The notes under the pieces are model-generated. The model made no database searches. It was not told where the DNA came from and saw nothing but the letters and a program-made list of their open reading frames with translations. The translations under genes and the position numbers were made by a program. A DNA stretch of 51,102 nt, the filler included, from Jimgerdemannia flammicorona (Eukaryota): the NCBI GenBank assembly GCA_003990765.1. It is 2 parts of 2 records of this genome, joined end to end, with 100 filler letters (N's around TTAATTAATTAA, not from the genome) between each part and the next. Parts side by side here need not be neighbours in the genome. Positions count along the whole stretch, not along the records: positions 1 to 25,504 come from RBNJ01000824.1; 1 more part is not named here. One strand, 5' to 3'. Position 1 is the first letter of the stretch. Each line of letters starts with the position of its first letter. Shown here piece by piece: positions 1 through 14,100 of this stretch.

Positions 1-1175
1 TTTTTTTTACAGACTCAGAGTTCTATAGATTTTTATTAAAAGAGAATCTAGACTATATAGACCAAAACTCTCCCCCACTACTCACCAAGCACTGCCCCTC
101 CATTAAACCTAGACTAGCTATTATCCAGTGGCTTGACTATGTTAGGTATAGCAGGATCTATAGTAGCCTATACCTCATTCTACATACCATACTCTCTCTA
201 TTACTGGGGGGAACTCAGCTATATGTCAATGACTAAAAGTATATGCCTGAAACTCCAATGTATATACAAGGCTATACTTAAGCCAAATAGAATAGTCTCT
301 ACTACTCTAAGTAGAAATAACAGGTAAAGAAAAAACCCTCCTCAAGGTACAAAACAGTGGGTAGGGCCTAGTTCTCCTAAGTGAGATAAGTAGAGGACTT
401 ATATATAAAATAGGAGGAGACCTCTAATATCTCACTACTTAAGTCTGTAGGCCTCAATTGTATTACTACATCAGCTCTTAGTTCTAGTTAAATATAACTA
501 AGATACCTGACATGGGTAGCCTCAGGCCCCTCAGCCTCCCCCAATAACTGGAGTCCAACCCCACAAATTACCAAAAGAAGCCAAGAGTGATACCTACTAC
601 TTAATTACCTCACACCAATCAAAAGGCCCCACTGAAGCAGCACCCACCTCAGCTCCAGTAACTACCTCTAGCCTGGCACCCTACTGGTTTACTATTATCA
701 CTCTTCCTCTTATCTATGATAGCTATCTCCTCTTTCATCTTGATATCACCTAAGAAATAGTCATCTATACTAGAACCATATTTGCTAGAAAGCTTGCCAA
801 AGCCAGAGAGCCCCATTACAGGCATTGAGAACCTATAGGTAACCTAGACTGAGCACTTGATGTCTAAGGTTGGCTGACTCTCTATGTAACCTATAACATA
901 TTGAGACAATATCTTGTTGGCAACAACAAAAGGAAGAAGGTACCACACCAAAACAGATATACTCCAGATATAGCTGAAGATATCAGAAACTATAAAAAAG
1001 TGAAGAAGACACTAATCTGATACTGATAAAGGGACAACTCACTATTACCTCCCTCTCACTGCCCTATAATAGATACAGCAAACCAACCTAAGGTAGAGAG
1101 GGTATTAGTTGTGAAAAGTAGACTCAAAAGATTGCCTACTAAACTATTATAACTAGTAAGGTAGCAGAGAAAGAA
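1..1175 (-). mobile_element. 1.17-kb poly(A)-tailed non-autonomous retroelement (SINE-like), copy 1, heavily mutated
   Basis: Starts with poly-T followed by TTTTATT (AATAAA on minus strand). Colinear over its whole length with 25605-26793, and its first ~230 nt match 25236-25492. Differences are almost all transitions. No intact ORF. Confidence 0.8.
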
Positions 1176-1177
1176 GT

Positions 1178-1789
1178 GCTGAAGTTTTGAGTGATATAGT
1201 AATATACTGAGAAGAAATATTATACTGAACTTTTATTTAGAGGATTTGATTGATAGAGAGACCTTTGAATATGAGAAGTATTTTGATATAAAATAGAAGA
1301 GAGAATTTGTACAAATATCTAAACAATTGGCTAAACTAGTATGAAATACTTAGAGACTTTTGGATAGTGATTGATAGATATCTGAGAGTAGAGTGATAGG
1401 AGGATGGTGATAGAATTTATTAGGATAACTTGAGAGAAATATTAGTAAGGTATATTAGTAAAGAATAGCTCACTATTAATTAAGTTTTAGTAGTATAGAT
1501 AAGATTGACTAGACATTGGCTATATGGAAGAGTGGTTGGTGAGATTGATGAAGAATGTCATATCTGATTAATAGATAGAGTAGAGTCCTCAGAGTAGTTA
1601 TTATAGATATCTAGTAGAGAGGATTTATAAATAAAGTGGAGAGAGAGTTATAGTAGTTAATAGTCTAGTGATCTTTAATCATAAAGAGGTAAGAGATAGA
1701 CTACTCAGGAAGATCAAATAGAGACTGGAGTTACTGTATATTATATAAATATAGATTAGTTTAATAATAAATAGTAAAGTCTAAGTAAT

Positions 1790-1822
<33 letters not shown>
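1178..1822 (+). mobile_element. 3' fragment of a LINE, degenerate relative of the LINE at 34631-40602
   Basis: Aligns by eye to the reverse complement of ~35378-34631. Relic peptide EFVQI..WL..YEILRDFWIVIDRYL matches GFVQMPEHWLGECEVLGDFWWAIGDHL. The 3' end AATAAA..AAGTCTAAGTAATCATA(n) matches AATAAA..GAGTCCAAGTGACTATA(n). Poly(A) at 1793-1822. Confidence 0.75.
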
Positions 1823-1824
<2 letters not shown>

Positions 1825-2677
1825 AATAAAGAGTAAATATAATTAAACAGAAAACAGAAAAAAAACTTTGAGTACTAATTATTATTATTATTATTTCAAT
1901 AAGCAAAACAATTATACTCTATAAACAAATATCTACAATGATATAACATTATATAATATATATTTTTTTTTAAGAAAAAAAAAAAAAATTATAACTTTGA
2001 GTATTATTAGTGTATATAAAGTTATGAAATTTTCTTTTAAGATATGGGACACCATATCTTCCCAAATTTCTCTCTGAACTTCTTCCAAAACTCCCAAGTC
2101 CATCAACCCCTACATTTTGTAGCCCTTGAGGTATTCGTCTGTTTGTTAGCGCGTTGATAGGCGGTGGAATACATGGGTGGAGGTTGTTCGTTGTGCCTGT
2201 GGTGGGTATTGGGAGGCAGGTTACATCAATTTTTCGAGGTTTACGACTAACATATCAATTTACATTTATAGAGGCATGTCTCCGCTCTCGCCATTAGGAA
2301 AAATTTCACACCTCCCTTGCAATTTCAATATATGCGCGAGATCCCAAATCCTTCGGTTACTCGATTGATCGGGATGTCTGAGTGATCGGGATGGAAAGAC
2401 ATGCGTTAGCGAAGCTCGGTTTGGTCCTGCCCTCTCCGAGAATGGCACGGTGGTGGAGTATCCAAGAGACGATTAGGGTGAAATGGCATTCCCATTGAAA
2501 TCTTAGATTGTAAGACGAAGTCTTCAGTTTGTTATAAAAATATGTATTCTTGTAAGGATTACTTTAATCAATTGCTAGTTGTTCATGCGAGCGGAATTTT
2601 TCAAAAAAGATATCTAGATAGGCCATAAGGTACTTTTTAATAAACTTCACCTCAAATAAGAATTCCCACTCTTCAAA

Positions 2678-5600
2678 TCAACATCGCGTTAAAATCCAAC
2701 CAACTATTTCTCCTAGAAACATCAACTGCTGCTCCTTTGCAACATTCATGAAAATCCTCATCTTCTTTACGAATTCGGTTTTAGTTTGTGTGGTTACAAA
2801 CTCTCCTGAGCACTTGCATTGATTTGCTAGATTCACGACCTTGATTTGTGCACACTTCCGGCATTTGAGGTCTTGTAACTGGTATGCCATCGCCCGACGT
2901 TCAACTTCCGCTACAAGAGTCTCTTCGATAAATAACTTGTCGTAGTCCATGGTACACCCTTTGCACCGCCATATCTGTAACCTTCCGTTGTGGGGCATTA
3001 GATCCCGATCCCGACAGAAATCGAGATCAGCGGAGAAATTGCAGTATCCGCAGATGACTTGCGGCAGAGTGAAAAATTCACAAGGGTTCCGAAATTGCGC
3101 TTCAGGGGCGAATTCGCGTATACCTATCAGGTCAAGGCAATTGCGGCGAAGAATGCGAACTTCATGTGAAAGATCAAGGTCCAGAGAGAGAGTGGCGCAC
3201 ACGAACTTGACAAACTCCAATGCGGGATTAGTGAGCGGTAAATGCGATCCAGCTAATATGGGAAATGAAATTTCAGCATCGCCTACTACACGCTGAATTT
3301 CTGGAACAATGTCCAGGACAATTCGAGTTATATGCTGGCTGACAAGTTGCTTGGTAAATGTGACAACGTCATCTGCGGCGCCTGGCTGTGATTCGTTCAT
3401 TTTGTTCGTTCGTCCGCGGGCCTGGCCAATTTGCGGTGTGCGGTGCTTGTAAACTTTACTGATAAAATCAGCCACAGTATCGCGGAAATGCTTTTGCGGA
3501 GTCGGAGGCAAATAGTCCTGAATATTCCACTGCATGTCTAGTTCCGTTTCATTTGGCAGCTCATTCAAGGCATCATCGCCATTTCTTTGGTGTTGGCATT
3601 TCATACCCCCGTAATTTTTGGAGTCCATCCAGAGCAATTGTTCCCAATAGTGTACCGACACTAAGTCGAGAATTTGAAAGAGGGGCTTCGCCATGATAAC
3701 CTTCAATAGGTAGCTTCCGTAGGCGGAGGCGCTCTCAATGGATTCTTTGGAGGTTGCGATGATGATCTTGTTGAATGAAGCGTAGATGATTCGTGAGCCG
3801 AGGCGTTTGATCTCCGCAACAAGTTGCATGAAAACCTTCTTCATCATACCATGCACTAAACCGTACAAGCATGGATCATACATATTGGAATTGGGACTCG
3901 TTAACCACCGATGAAGTGTTTCGATCATCATTTCTGCATATCTGTTGTCGGCATCAAGAACCTCCCCAAGCCATCCTTGCACCATTGTTTTCAGCATGGC
4001 AAACGTCTTTGCAGAAATTGTACCGTCGCCGAAGGAGACTGACGATCCAGCTTTACCAGAGTTATATTCCTCCAGGGTATGTGCAACGTTATCGAACCCA
4101 ATCCCACCGCCCGTTCCTTCAAAGTCATTGATCAAAGACGACTGCATTAAAGTGTTGACACATAAACGGATGACGTCTAGCTCAATGCATACAGTGTTGT
4201 ACGATCCCGGAACGCTCATTTCGGGATTCGCTAACTCTTCGATCAAGAAAAGATTTTCGTCCTCTTCCCGGCCGCCCAGGTCAGGTTTCGCAGAAGCTGA
4301 CCACCACAGAACCATGTCGTGCTTCATCAGCCGCCGTGCAAAGAAGATGTCGGCAAGGTGAAGGTACGAGTCATTTTGAATGTTACAAAAAGGAACGTTG
4401 GCATATCGAGCTAGTTGCAATTTTCCTGTTATCCAGTTTCCCACATCCAAGAATTGGATTATCATACGACGTGCAACTGGCCGAATCCAATCGAGAGCGT
4501 TAAAACGGTTATCAGATTTGTGGGATGGTATCGAGATATTCGGGAACTCGACAAGAATGCTAGCGTTCTGCACCAAGGCATGGAAAGGGCGGGGCGAGTG
4601 AACAATTAATACTGTCGGGCCTTTGCGAGCATCTTTATATTGCGATACGGTTCCCTGGATGGCGCGGAGAGCTTGTATTTCATTCTGAAAGTAGCCTACT
4701 TCAAAGTCCATTGATTTATTGTATTCAAATGCCGTGTTTGGTGACGATTTGCTGGCGTCCTTGTTGTGTTCGACCAAGCGTTCCGTGTAGATCTTAGTCA
4801 GGTTGGGCATTTGGTCACTTTCTTTCGAAGCGCCAACGATGAAGATGTAAGCCTTTTGGAGAGCCGTGGGAACGAGGGCAAAGAAATGGCGCGAATCCGA
4901 CGTCGTGTGGTAAAGGTACAAATAATTGAGAATGCCTTTGTCTTCAAGGTACGGAAAGAACACGTTTCCTTGGTTCTTTAAATCTTCCAAACTGAATCGA
5001 TCTTCCAGATGCTTTCCACTGAAATCTAGTTTGGTTTGCCTGTCAACTATACACACGCAGCCTAATTTAAGCAGAGCACGCGTCAACAGAGGAATCTGCG
5101 TTTCGTACACCCCCTCCGTCGATGAATGATTGAAAAAGCTCGAGAATTTCTTTTGCTCGGCTTGGAAAACAGCTTCAGGCATCGTCATTTCGAACAGATG
5201 CAGGCATTGATGCGACCGTGGCAACGTTCGGATCCTGCGCTGAACGCGACAGTTCGGATTATGACGCAGGCCTTCCGTAGGTTCCTCCTCGCGAGTGTTA
5301 ACGTAGAATACACGTGGCACCGATAGGCGAATAGTATACATATTCTTTTGTATTAACACCCACATACGCAATTCCCCAGCGGTTTCGGTCTCGGCGATCT
5401 GAACTATTTGCCACGGACTGGTCACAAGTGATCCCGCTTGTTGTCGGAAAAAGTTGCCAACTGTGTTTGACGTCAATGTGGCCGATGTTTGATGAACGGC
5501 GCCGTATAATGACCTACGCCTTTCCCGATCATTTCGCTGGCGCTTCCACTTGCGCTTCTGAAATTGCAGCCAGCTTTGATAGTCATTGTACATATTCGGC

Positions 5601-8600
5601 ATGTTCTCGCTTTTATCTTCATCAAGTAACGCTTCAACTAATAGCCCCGAAATTAACGATGGCGATTTCGATTCATCCATGCGCCTTCTTGACGATTTAT
5701 GCACAGTGGGCACTAGTTTGCCATCCCGCAATAAGTTTCTACTCTTCTCGATACCAAGATCCTCCATGTCACCTATCGCGATGACACTTTTCGATTGTGC
5801 ACCTATCAGCTGCCTCTCGACATCCTGCATGTCGATGTCTTGGTCAATTTCAATATCATCCCCGCCTATCATTGACGCCTTATTCGGTGCGATAGAGAAC
5901 ATATCTGTGATTCTATGTTGTTTGAATTTATCATCCTTGGAGGCAACGCGTTTGAACAGCCAATCCGGGTGTCTTATACGAGGTACAGGATTCGGTACCT
6001 TTTGCAATGCAGCTGGGATCGTAATCAGTTTCTGGATGACGGAGCCCAAGCGTTCCAGATAGTAAGGCCAGTCCAGGATATCCCGGATATCGAAGCTTGT
6101 GATACCGTTGTCCTTGAGCCATTTGCGAAGAAAGTGCTTGCGTACGCTAGATTCGGCCGTAAAAATTACGACAGGAATGGCACGTTCTGTAACAGGAGCC
6201 CCAATTGGTTTGGCAGAGATGATGAACTTGCATGCAAGGCCTTTGTCTTTGACCATCTGATCTCCGAGGAATTCGGCAAGGCGCTTTGCGGTGCTGATGG
6301 ATGTGGATTTTTGTGCACCATAGTCTTCAAGGGTCTTCGACATACTGCGATTTTCCGAGATAAGCTCTACAAGTTCCTCGTCTTCGAGATTGGTGCCTTT
6401 GCTATATAATACATCCAGCCATTGATTTGCCACCTTGGCGACTGCAGCATAGCACTCTTCCAGCGTGGAGCCCTCCAAAAATACCTTAAAGATTTGAGAC
6501 TGAAAAATCTTGATGAGTTTCAACTCGCCACGCCGCTTTACTTCGAAGCCCTTGAGCTCGGCCAGTGATCCGTCCTCGTTGAAAACAGCGTAACGTTTTT
6601 TAAGCAATTTATCCTCCTCCTTAGACGACGGCAGAATCATGGCTCGATATGGCCCATCGACCTCGAAAAATATGCTGTTTTCGCTGCGAGTTGAGTATTT
6701 GTAAGTCTCGGGGTCGACAAGTTCTTGATACTGGTGGTTGGTGAAACGTGCGTGGACGCGATGATTGAGCATTGTGCAAGGGTACGACAGAGTGATGGCC
6801 TTGCCATTGGCAAGTTTCAATGAAAAATTTTCTGGGAAGTTAGCAGGCAAAATGCACCAGATACCATCTGTGTCGAGCTCCAAAGGCCGCCCAATTTTCT
6901 CGACAAGCTGTCGTGCCATCTGGATTATAGTGGAGCCAGTGTAGCATGTAATACCGGCCATCTCCATTGAATACCATCGCGCACCTTTGCGCATCACGTA
7001 TCCATAGAAGGAATTGAGAATGCATTTATGCGCCAGTTGTAAGGAATCGTATAGCACAATCATCTTCTTCGCCTCGTCCACCGCCGCGAGGCTTCCACCT
7101 TGAAGCGCCTCGTCAAGATTCTTTTTCCATGTTTTGTGAAGACCTTTGTATTCGTAACGACGATCACGAAAGGCACGAACTGTCTCAATATAGAAAGGGT
7201 TCTCGCGCTGGCAGATGATGGAGGTACGTTCCACGGTTTGCGTCTCGTGTACTTTCTTGTAAACCTTGCGGCAATACTCGCCTAGTCGTTTCTCCACTAG
7301 CGAGGACTGTTCGGCTTCGGAGAGGCTACTCCATTGTCGCCGTGGCTCGTTTGGCCGACGTGGAGGGAAATTCTCAATCATAAGTTGGTTTTTGATCATG
7401 TTGAGCTCGTTACGTTTAGCGGGGAAATACTCTCCACGCCATAGCCACGACATCCTGCGATCGCAGGTCTTCCCTGGCCGATTGAAGTCGCACCCAGCAC
7501 ACATAGACTCGTCGATGAGCGCATCCGGCTGCAGGCGGTTCGTGAGAATAATGTTGGGATACATGGCCGCCACGTCCAGATGGTAAATACGCGGTCGTTC
7601 TTGACGCAGAGGAGTGTCGCGTAAATCTTGCAATTTTGTAACAATTTCGTTACAAATCTGCAATGGGCATAGGAAAGCGAGCAAGGATAGCCAAAAAATT
7701 AGATATGATCCCCGATAAACAATTACATGTAAAGAGCCTCCAAGCGAGGACGTCGTGGAAAGCACCTACTCACTTCGTCATAGTTGATAATCTCGCTCAG
7801 CACCTTCTTTTCTTCGACTTCGATAAAAAATTTCATGGCTTGGTCTACCTCATTGATGAGCTGATGGGATCGATAATGATGAATGCATCAATTCATGGAA
7901 ACGTAGTCAAGTCTTTGGTAACTGTAATTGATATGGTTGTTATTAGCGGCCTACCTGTTGCACGGCTTCCGGCTCTATTTTGAATTTGGTGGGGATATCA
8001 CTGCGAAAAACTCCTGCCTCGAGGGCCTCGACATGTCCACCAACATAGGTTTCGCTCTCGAGTAGGTGCCCCTCGAACATCTTCCCAATTTCGTCGGCGT
8101 GTTTGTTCGGCATGATTACATTAGCCTTATACGCTTCTACCTGCAGTTGCAAATGAGTGGATCTTAGTACATCCTCCGTTACATCCTACTACCAAAGGAT
8201 TGTCGTTCATACATGCTCTCATTTTTGAAACTAATTCGCACCACTGTGATCATATTGAACTATCTCATATGGGTATCTGAAGACATAACAGAATCTCCGA
8301 CGTATCGCTTATGCATGACTCACCATCAGCAAGATCTCACACAATGTTCCGCTTCCTTTACGCAGCACCTCATCCGGGCACAGCGGAATAATGTTGCACA
8401 ATGAAAAGATGAAAGGGTGCACATACTTCATATACAGATAATATGTTGCTACTGCATCGGAGACTGAATATTGGGCAAGTGTTTGTGGTTGTTCTGCAGC
8501 GAATCTGGTGCAATCATGGAATCATTGATGCACAGGCAGTAACGAAGTACGTGTTAAATAAGCATTAAGGGCATTTGGAATATAGTGTTTTTCATGGGGT

Positions 8601-10825
8601 TGATAGAAATGGGTATCTCTTGGTTTTTTTACCTCGTCATGTCCTCGGGGTCCAATTCCATGGGATTATATCCTAGTTTCGCGGTTGTGACAGCCTTGAG
8701 GCCTTGAGACCCTTGTGGTAGGTATGAATCACGCTTCACCCAGCGAAATGCGTCCATGTGTATTGCATAATTGGATTTGTATTCTTCTTGCTCGTTTTTA
8801 TAAAAGCCGATCTCCTAAATAGACACCAAAAAATATGAGATTAATGAGGCCGTTAAACAGACTGAAAAGAGAGCATTGCATCATTCCTCCAGATTACCTG
8901 ATATATGTCAATACCGTGTAAATTCGCACGCGCCTCAACAAAGGGCCAATCAAAAGAGTCGCCGTTGTACGTTACATATACTGTGGGCCGAACTTCTTGG
9001 ATATGTTCGAAAAAACGGCGGAGAAGAGACAACTATGGCGAACGAGTAGTGAACAATATTATATATTACAGGGATGTTATTGCCATTCATTGCTGCGGTG
9101 CCATTCCAATTAGAAATATGTGAAAACATACCTCGTCTGGTTCATTGAAAATTGTAAAAGGTCCCTCAAATTCGGGCTTTGGCGTGTATTCGAAATCGTC
9201 AATATCCTGACTTACAATCTCTCGATTGGTGATTAGATATCCCTGGGAATTTTGTGAGCATATTAAAGCAAGATTGGAGATTTGGTGAATGGGATCCGCT
9301 TCCATATAATACTACCACCGGATTCCTCCAGTGACATCTCCGACCCCAGTAAGAATATTTTTCTTGATTAAACTTTACCTGACCATCAATCATATACGAA
9401 ATCATCATGATCGAGTCGATAGCCGCATCAGGAAATTTAAGGGGTAATTTCGTGACCTCAATATCAAAGGCTATAACAACAGGTTCCGCACGTTTCACTA
9501 GGTCGTGACGGCGTGTGAGGGTAATTTGACCGTGTGTGGCTTGGATGGTATACCAGAGACCAACGCGAATGTCTGATGCATGTAATATTGAAGGCGTTCA
9601 AACCGTAAGGACTCTAGCAGATACGACACGACGAAAAGAAAATAAGGGAACGTAACTGACCATTGTCTATAGCAACGCGAAGATAATAAGGAACATCAAA
9701 CTCCCGGATATCGATTACATTGTCGAGTGCATCATGAGGGTTTTTGCGAGCTGTCACCGGTTGCTCGTAGTCGATGGCGGTGCTGACATGATAACGAGAA
9801 CGGAACATATACGAAGTTAAAGTTTATAAGGGGAATCAATCTAGAAATGTATTGATGTGCTCTTTCATGAAATGCTCACTTGGCAATATCTGCGTAAGCA
9901 TCGACAATATTCATCTTTTCCTGGTTACGCTTCACAGTAGGTAGCAGCAGCTTCCGTACCGTCAACAGATCTGCAACATTTCTAAAAACGAGTTGCAAAA
10001 AGATACGGTTGCAGCCCAACAAATGGTTCTGCTGGGATAGATCTTCCTTTTTCACGTGTCTGATTTTTTCGATCGTGCGCTCGAACTTCCTACGGAGGTA
10101 ATCCTCAACTTCGGCTTCCGTTTCGAGCTAGTTTAGAGTTCGTTCGATACAACATGAATAGAAATACGCAGAGTAAATGCTGTTGTCTAAAGCAGCGTCA
10201 ATTTATACCCTACTGTCAGAGAAGGGAGATAGATGAGAATTGAATATACAAATATGCAATATGAATGATACATACCTTGCATCCAATGAAAAAGTAAGGT
10301 TCGTACAGCAAGGTACATTTGAATGTTCCGCCGTCCTCCTCCAGAAAATAATAGTCAACGGCAGCACGGCCCCCTGGCCAGTCGATATCTTTCACGAGTG
10401 TCTATAAAAGTGTTCGTGAGTCAAGTCACTCGTCAACAATAATACAGAAGATGATATAATCGGTGACTCACCGCATGCATGTTGATAAGCCAACCTAGCT
10501 TCTCTGATCCATCCTGGTATCGACGAAACCCAAGTCGCTCATCAATCTCGTCCAGAATTTTTACATTTTCAAACTTCTGGTCCAAGTTCGTTGGCTCTTC
10601 GCCTTGGCGCATTCCACTAGCCCCTGAGCTCTCCTCAACGTTGTTGCCAAGTCTGCTTGGTCCCTTGAAAATAGTGTTGGAACGGGTTGAATTCAATCGT
10701 GTGGTATGGCGTCCTCCTCTTCCGCGTGCCCACCTACGGGACCCAACAGATTCTCCACGGACACCTTCACCGCGAAATCTTTGTGCCAAGGATCCTTCAC
10801 CGGTTGTTTTCGTTGGTTTGAACAT
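2678..10825 (-). CDS. POL2: DNA polymerase epsilon catalytic subunit A; ~12 exons, terminal exon 7657-2678
   Basis: Exo[15 protein letters not shown]; Exo[12 protein letters not shown]; motif [21 protein letters not shown]; Cys cluster [13 protein letters not shown]; motif [11 protein letters not shown]; motif C ELDTDG; C-terminal CysA/CysB. ATG at 10825. GT-AG introns join the ORF-track fragments. Confidence 0.97.
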
Positions 10826-11139
10826 GGAGAACGCCCGTAATGAGTGAGAGAACGCGTCCACGCGCTTTTTCCAGATTCGTCGACACTGATTATGACATCA
10901 TCAAAATGCCACTATTTCTTTAGCCAATAGTATCTAAAGTACATACACTGTATGCTTATATTTCACTTAACTATTTATAATAACTATCAATGCAGCAGAT
11001 CTCTTTATAAATAATTATATTTCGAATATAATCATATTTTATATAAATTAAAAAAAAAAAGTTTCGACACAAAGGGTGCTGACTCTGGTGACATGACACG
11101 TCGTTATGGATTGTGACTCACACCTCACACCCAGGCGCG
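10826..11139. promoter_or_regulatory. Divergent promoter of POL2 and CysRS with MCB-like and Gcn4/AP-1-like sites
   Basis: ACGCGT at 10852-10857 and ACGCGC at 10860-10865 next to the POL2 ATG. AT-rich core at ~10910-11060. TGACTC at 11080-11085 and TGACTCA at 11114-11120 next to CysRS. Confidence 0.55.
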
Positions 11140-14100
11140 ATGCTCCTGGTCATTTCTTGCTTAAATAGACAAGCTACCCTTCATTCGCGACCAAGTTATT
11201 TCCGCCATTTTCTCGCAAGAACATCTACTCCGCACCCTATTAAGAACATGGCAACCAACGCCACACAGAAAATCCAACAACCTCCTTGGCATAAGCCCGT
11301 CCCATCAGACCTATCCGTTCTGAAGCTGCAGAATTCACTGACCAAAACTAAGGTTCGCATGCTACCGCCTTCATGTCTTTTATATTCCGAACCGTTAAGC
11401 AGCCTATGCTGAGAGGCTCTCGTGCTGCGGATTCACGCGTATCCGGCTTTTATAACACATTGACGCCCCCTCTTTGTGTTCCATTTCGCAGACTGAGTTC
11501 ATACCCAAGGATGGTCGCCGCGTGACATGGTACAACTGTGGCCCTACTGTCTATGACGCCTCTCATATCGGCCATGCTCGTAACTATTTGACCATGGACA
11601 TTTTGCGTCGTGTACTCGAAGAATATTTCAAGTATGATGTATTGTTTGTACAGAACATTACGGACATCGATGACAAGGTGTGAAGGGTGGGGGTTTCCAG
11701 CTTTGTTGTACTTCATTTGAATCCAATGCGTTTTTCGTAACACAATCTTCTGCCTATCATTAGATCATCGTCCGAGCCCGCCAGGCCTATATCTACACTC
11801 AGTACAAAGATTCCGTTTTAGCACTTTCCCCAGCTCTCATCTCCGAGGTTCGCCAGGCATGGCGCTTCTATGCCGAAAGCAAGCTTGCCAAAATCAACGG
11901 GGCTGTTGCGGAGGCCATTGCCGATTGGAAGCAATTCGAGTCAAATTTGACACCGGAAGAGTTAACAAAGGCGGTGAAAGTGGAAGAAAAGTTCAAGATG
12001 CATGTGGCGGCCTTGGTATGTTTGGAATTAACACAAACATATGAAAACTGTTGAAAAGACTGCGATGGGAAGGTGGCGGAGGGTTGTCGAAGGGTACGTG
12101 GTGGATATGAAGACTTCGGCTATCAAGACGATCAGTATACGCAATCCTCGGTCGTGCGTTCATTTACTGTTGCTTACTGTGAGAATCTTGTAGAAATCGT
12201 CGCACAATGCCCTTGTTCTTGCCGACAAAGAGATCGCGGCTGGTGACAATTCCAAGGAGTCTGCTGACAGATTAATTGAAGCGTCCAAAGACGTGCTAGC
12301 CACGTGGCTAGACAAGCAGGTGTGTATGCTATAATGACGACGATTTGGTCCAAAATATGGCATTCGATATATAAAAGTGACGAAGATAATGCGTGGACTC
12401 GATATATAAGAAACCAACATTAATGCTAGCCGCTCGTTCTATTACTTGTTCACGATCATTTTATATGGAATAGAGGGGCGCTGAAGTCAATGATCCTAGA
12501 ATCTTTCGCGATTTACCAGCATTCTGGGAGGCGGATTTCTTCGGAGATATGGAATCCTTGAACGTGAGTGTACTGAATTTGAAAATCTGGAATTGATATG
12601 CCTTCCTGCTAACAAGTGGAGACCAGTCTTGGGGTCATTGCAGTATTTGCCCATCTTCTCAACGGTCTCTCTTCTGATCTTGGCGTCTCAGATCCGGCCT
12701 CCCGACATCCAAACTCGCGTCTCCGAGTACGTTCCCGAGATTATCACTTATGTTCAGAAGATCGTTGACAACGGCTACGCGTATGTCGCGGACGGTTCTG
12801 TCTACTTTGACACGGCAAGGTACGACGCTCACGACGAACATCATTACGCGAAGCTTGAGCCGTGGTCACGCGGGAACATAGAACTTATCGAGGATGGCGA
12901 AGGCAGCTTGGGCGCCAAGTTGCAAGGCAAGTGGAACGCGAACGATTTTGCGTTGTGGAAGAAGAGTAAGCCGGGAGAGCCAAAATGGGGTAGTCCGTGG
13001 GGAGATGGACGGCCGGGGTGGCATATCGAGTGCTCGGTGATGGCGAGGTATGATTTTCGCTTTTGCTCTTCTCCTTTATCAATTCACGGGTTGGCACGGC
13101 AATTAATTCTGGTTTTTTTTTTTTTTTTTTTTTTTGTGTTTTGTGTTGGTGTTTTTTTTTTTTTTTGGGTTGTGATGTGAGATTTTTATCTTTTCTTTGT
13201 TGACACCAAGTACCATGGTTTTCCTAATCGAGTTCGCTTGGTTCTCTATTTACCTCCCCTGGTATACCATCTTAGCCAAGTCCTCGGCAATAACATGGAC
13301 ATCCATTCCGGTGGCGTTGACCTCGCCTTCCCTCACCACGACAACGAGCTCGCTCAAGCCGAGGCTTATTTCGATTGCGCTCAGTGGGTCAATTATTTCT
13401 TGCATGCCGGCCACCTTCACGTTGAAGGTCAGAAGATGAGCAAGAGTTTGAAGAACTTTATTTCCATCAAGGAGGCTCTTAAGAAGTATTCACCACGTCA
13501 GCTGAGGTTGTTCTTCCTCATGCATCAGTGGGACGCCAAGATTGATTTCGGGGAGAGCTCGATGCATGAAACTATTAGTTTGGAAGCCACCATAAATGTA
13601 TGTCAGGGCTTAGTGTGTGATGTGTGAATGGCCTTGCAGAGCCCTGCTAATATTGGCTGTGAGACTTGTGAAGTTTAATTCCACTGATATAGTATATTCG
13701 GACAATATTCTATCTAAGCCGTCATTGCGCTCTGCATTATTCGCTTCTTACAGAATTTCTTTGTCAACATCAAAGCCCTCGGTCACGAACTACGTGGTTC
13801 TGGCTCGCGCTGCAACGATGAGCTGCAAGATGGTGGTCTCATGCATCGATATCGCGAAGCGGAAAAAGATCTGATTGAATTGTGCGTTTTTCTTTTTTAT
13901 TTCCTGTTTTAGACCTCATGGTACTGCCGAACTTTTTGCCCCTACCTTTTATTTATTGACCGCCACCCTTCACTTTACGGAATTCAATCGTATAAACATT
14001 CACAGACTGAGTCAGAAACAACGTGCCGTACATGTCGCCCTCTGCGATTCGATTAATACTCCAGCAGTTTTGACGGAGATTATGGAGCTTATTACCAAAA

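Noticed and set aside
2949..7983. Many antisense and alternative-frame ORFs over POL2 and other genes
   Set aside because: Shadow ORFs of real coding exons, with no motifs of their own.
9450..9470. POL2 ExoI reads FDIEVTK rather than FDIETTK
   Set aside because: Catalytic D and E are intact and this position varies among eukaryotes, so there is no basis for a mutator claim.
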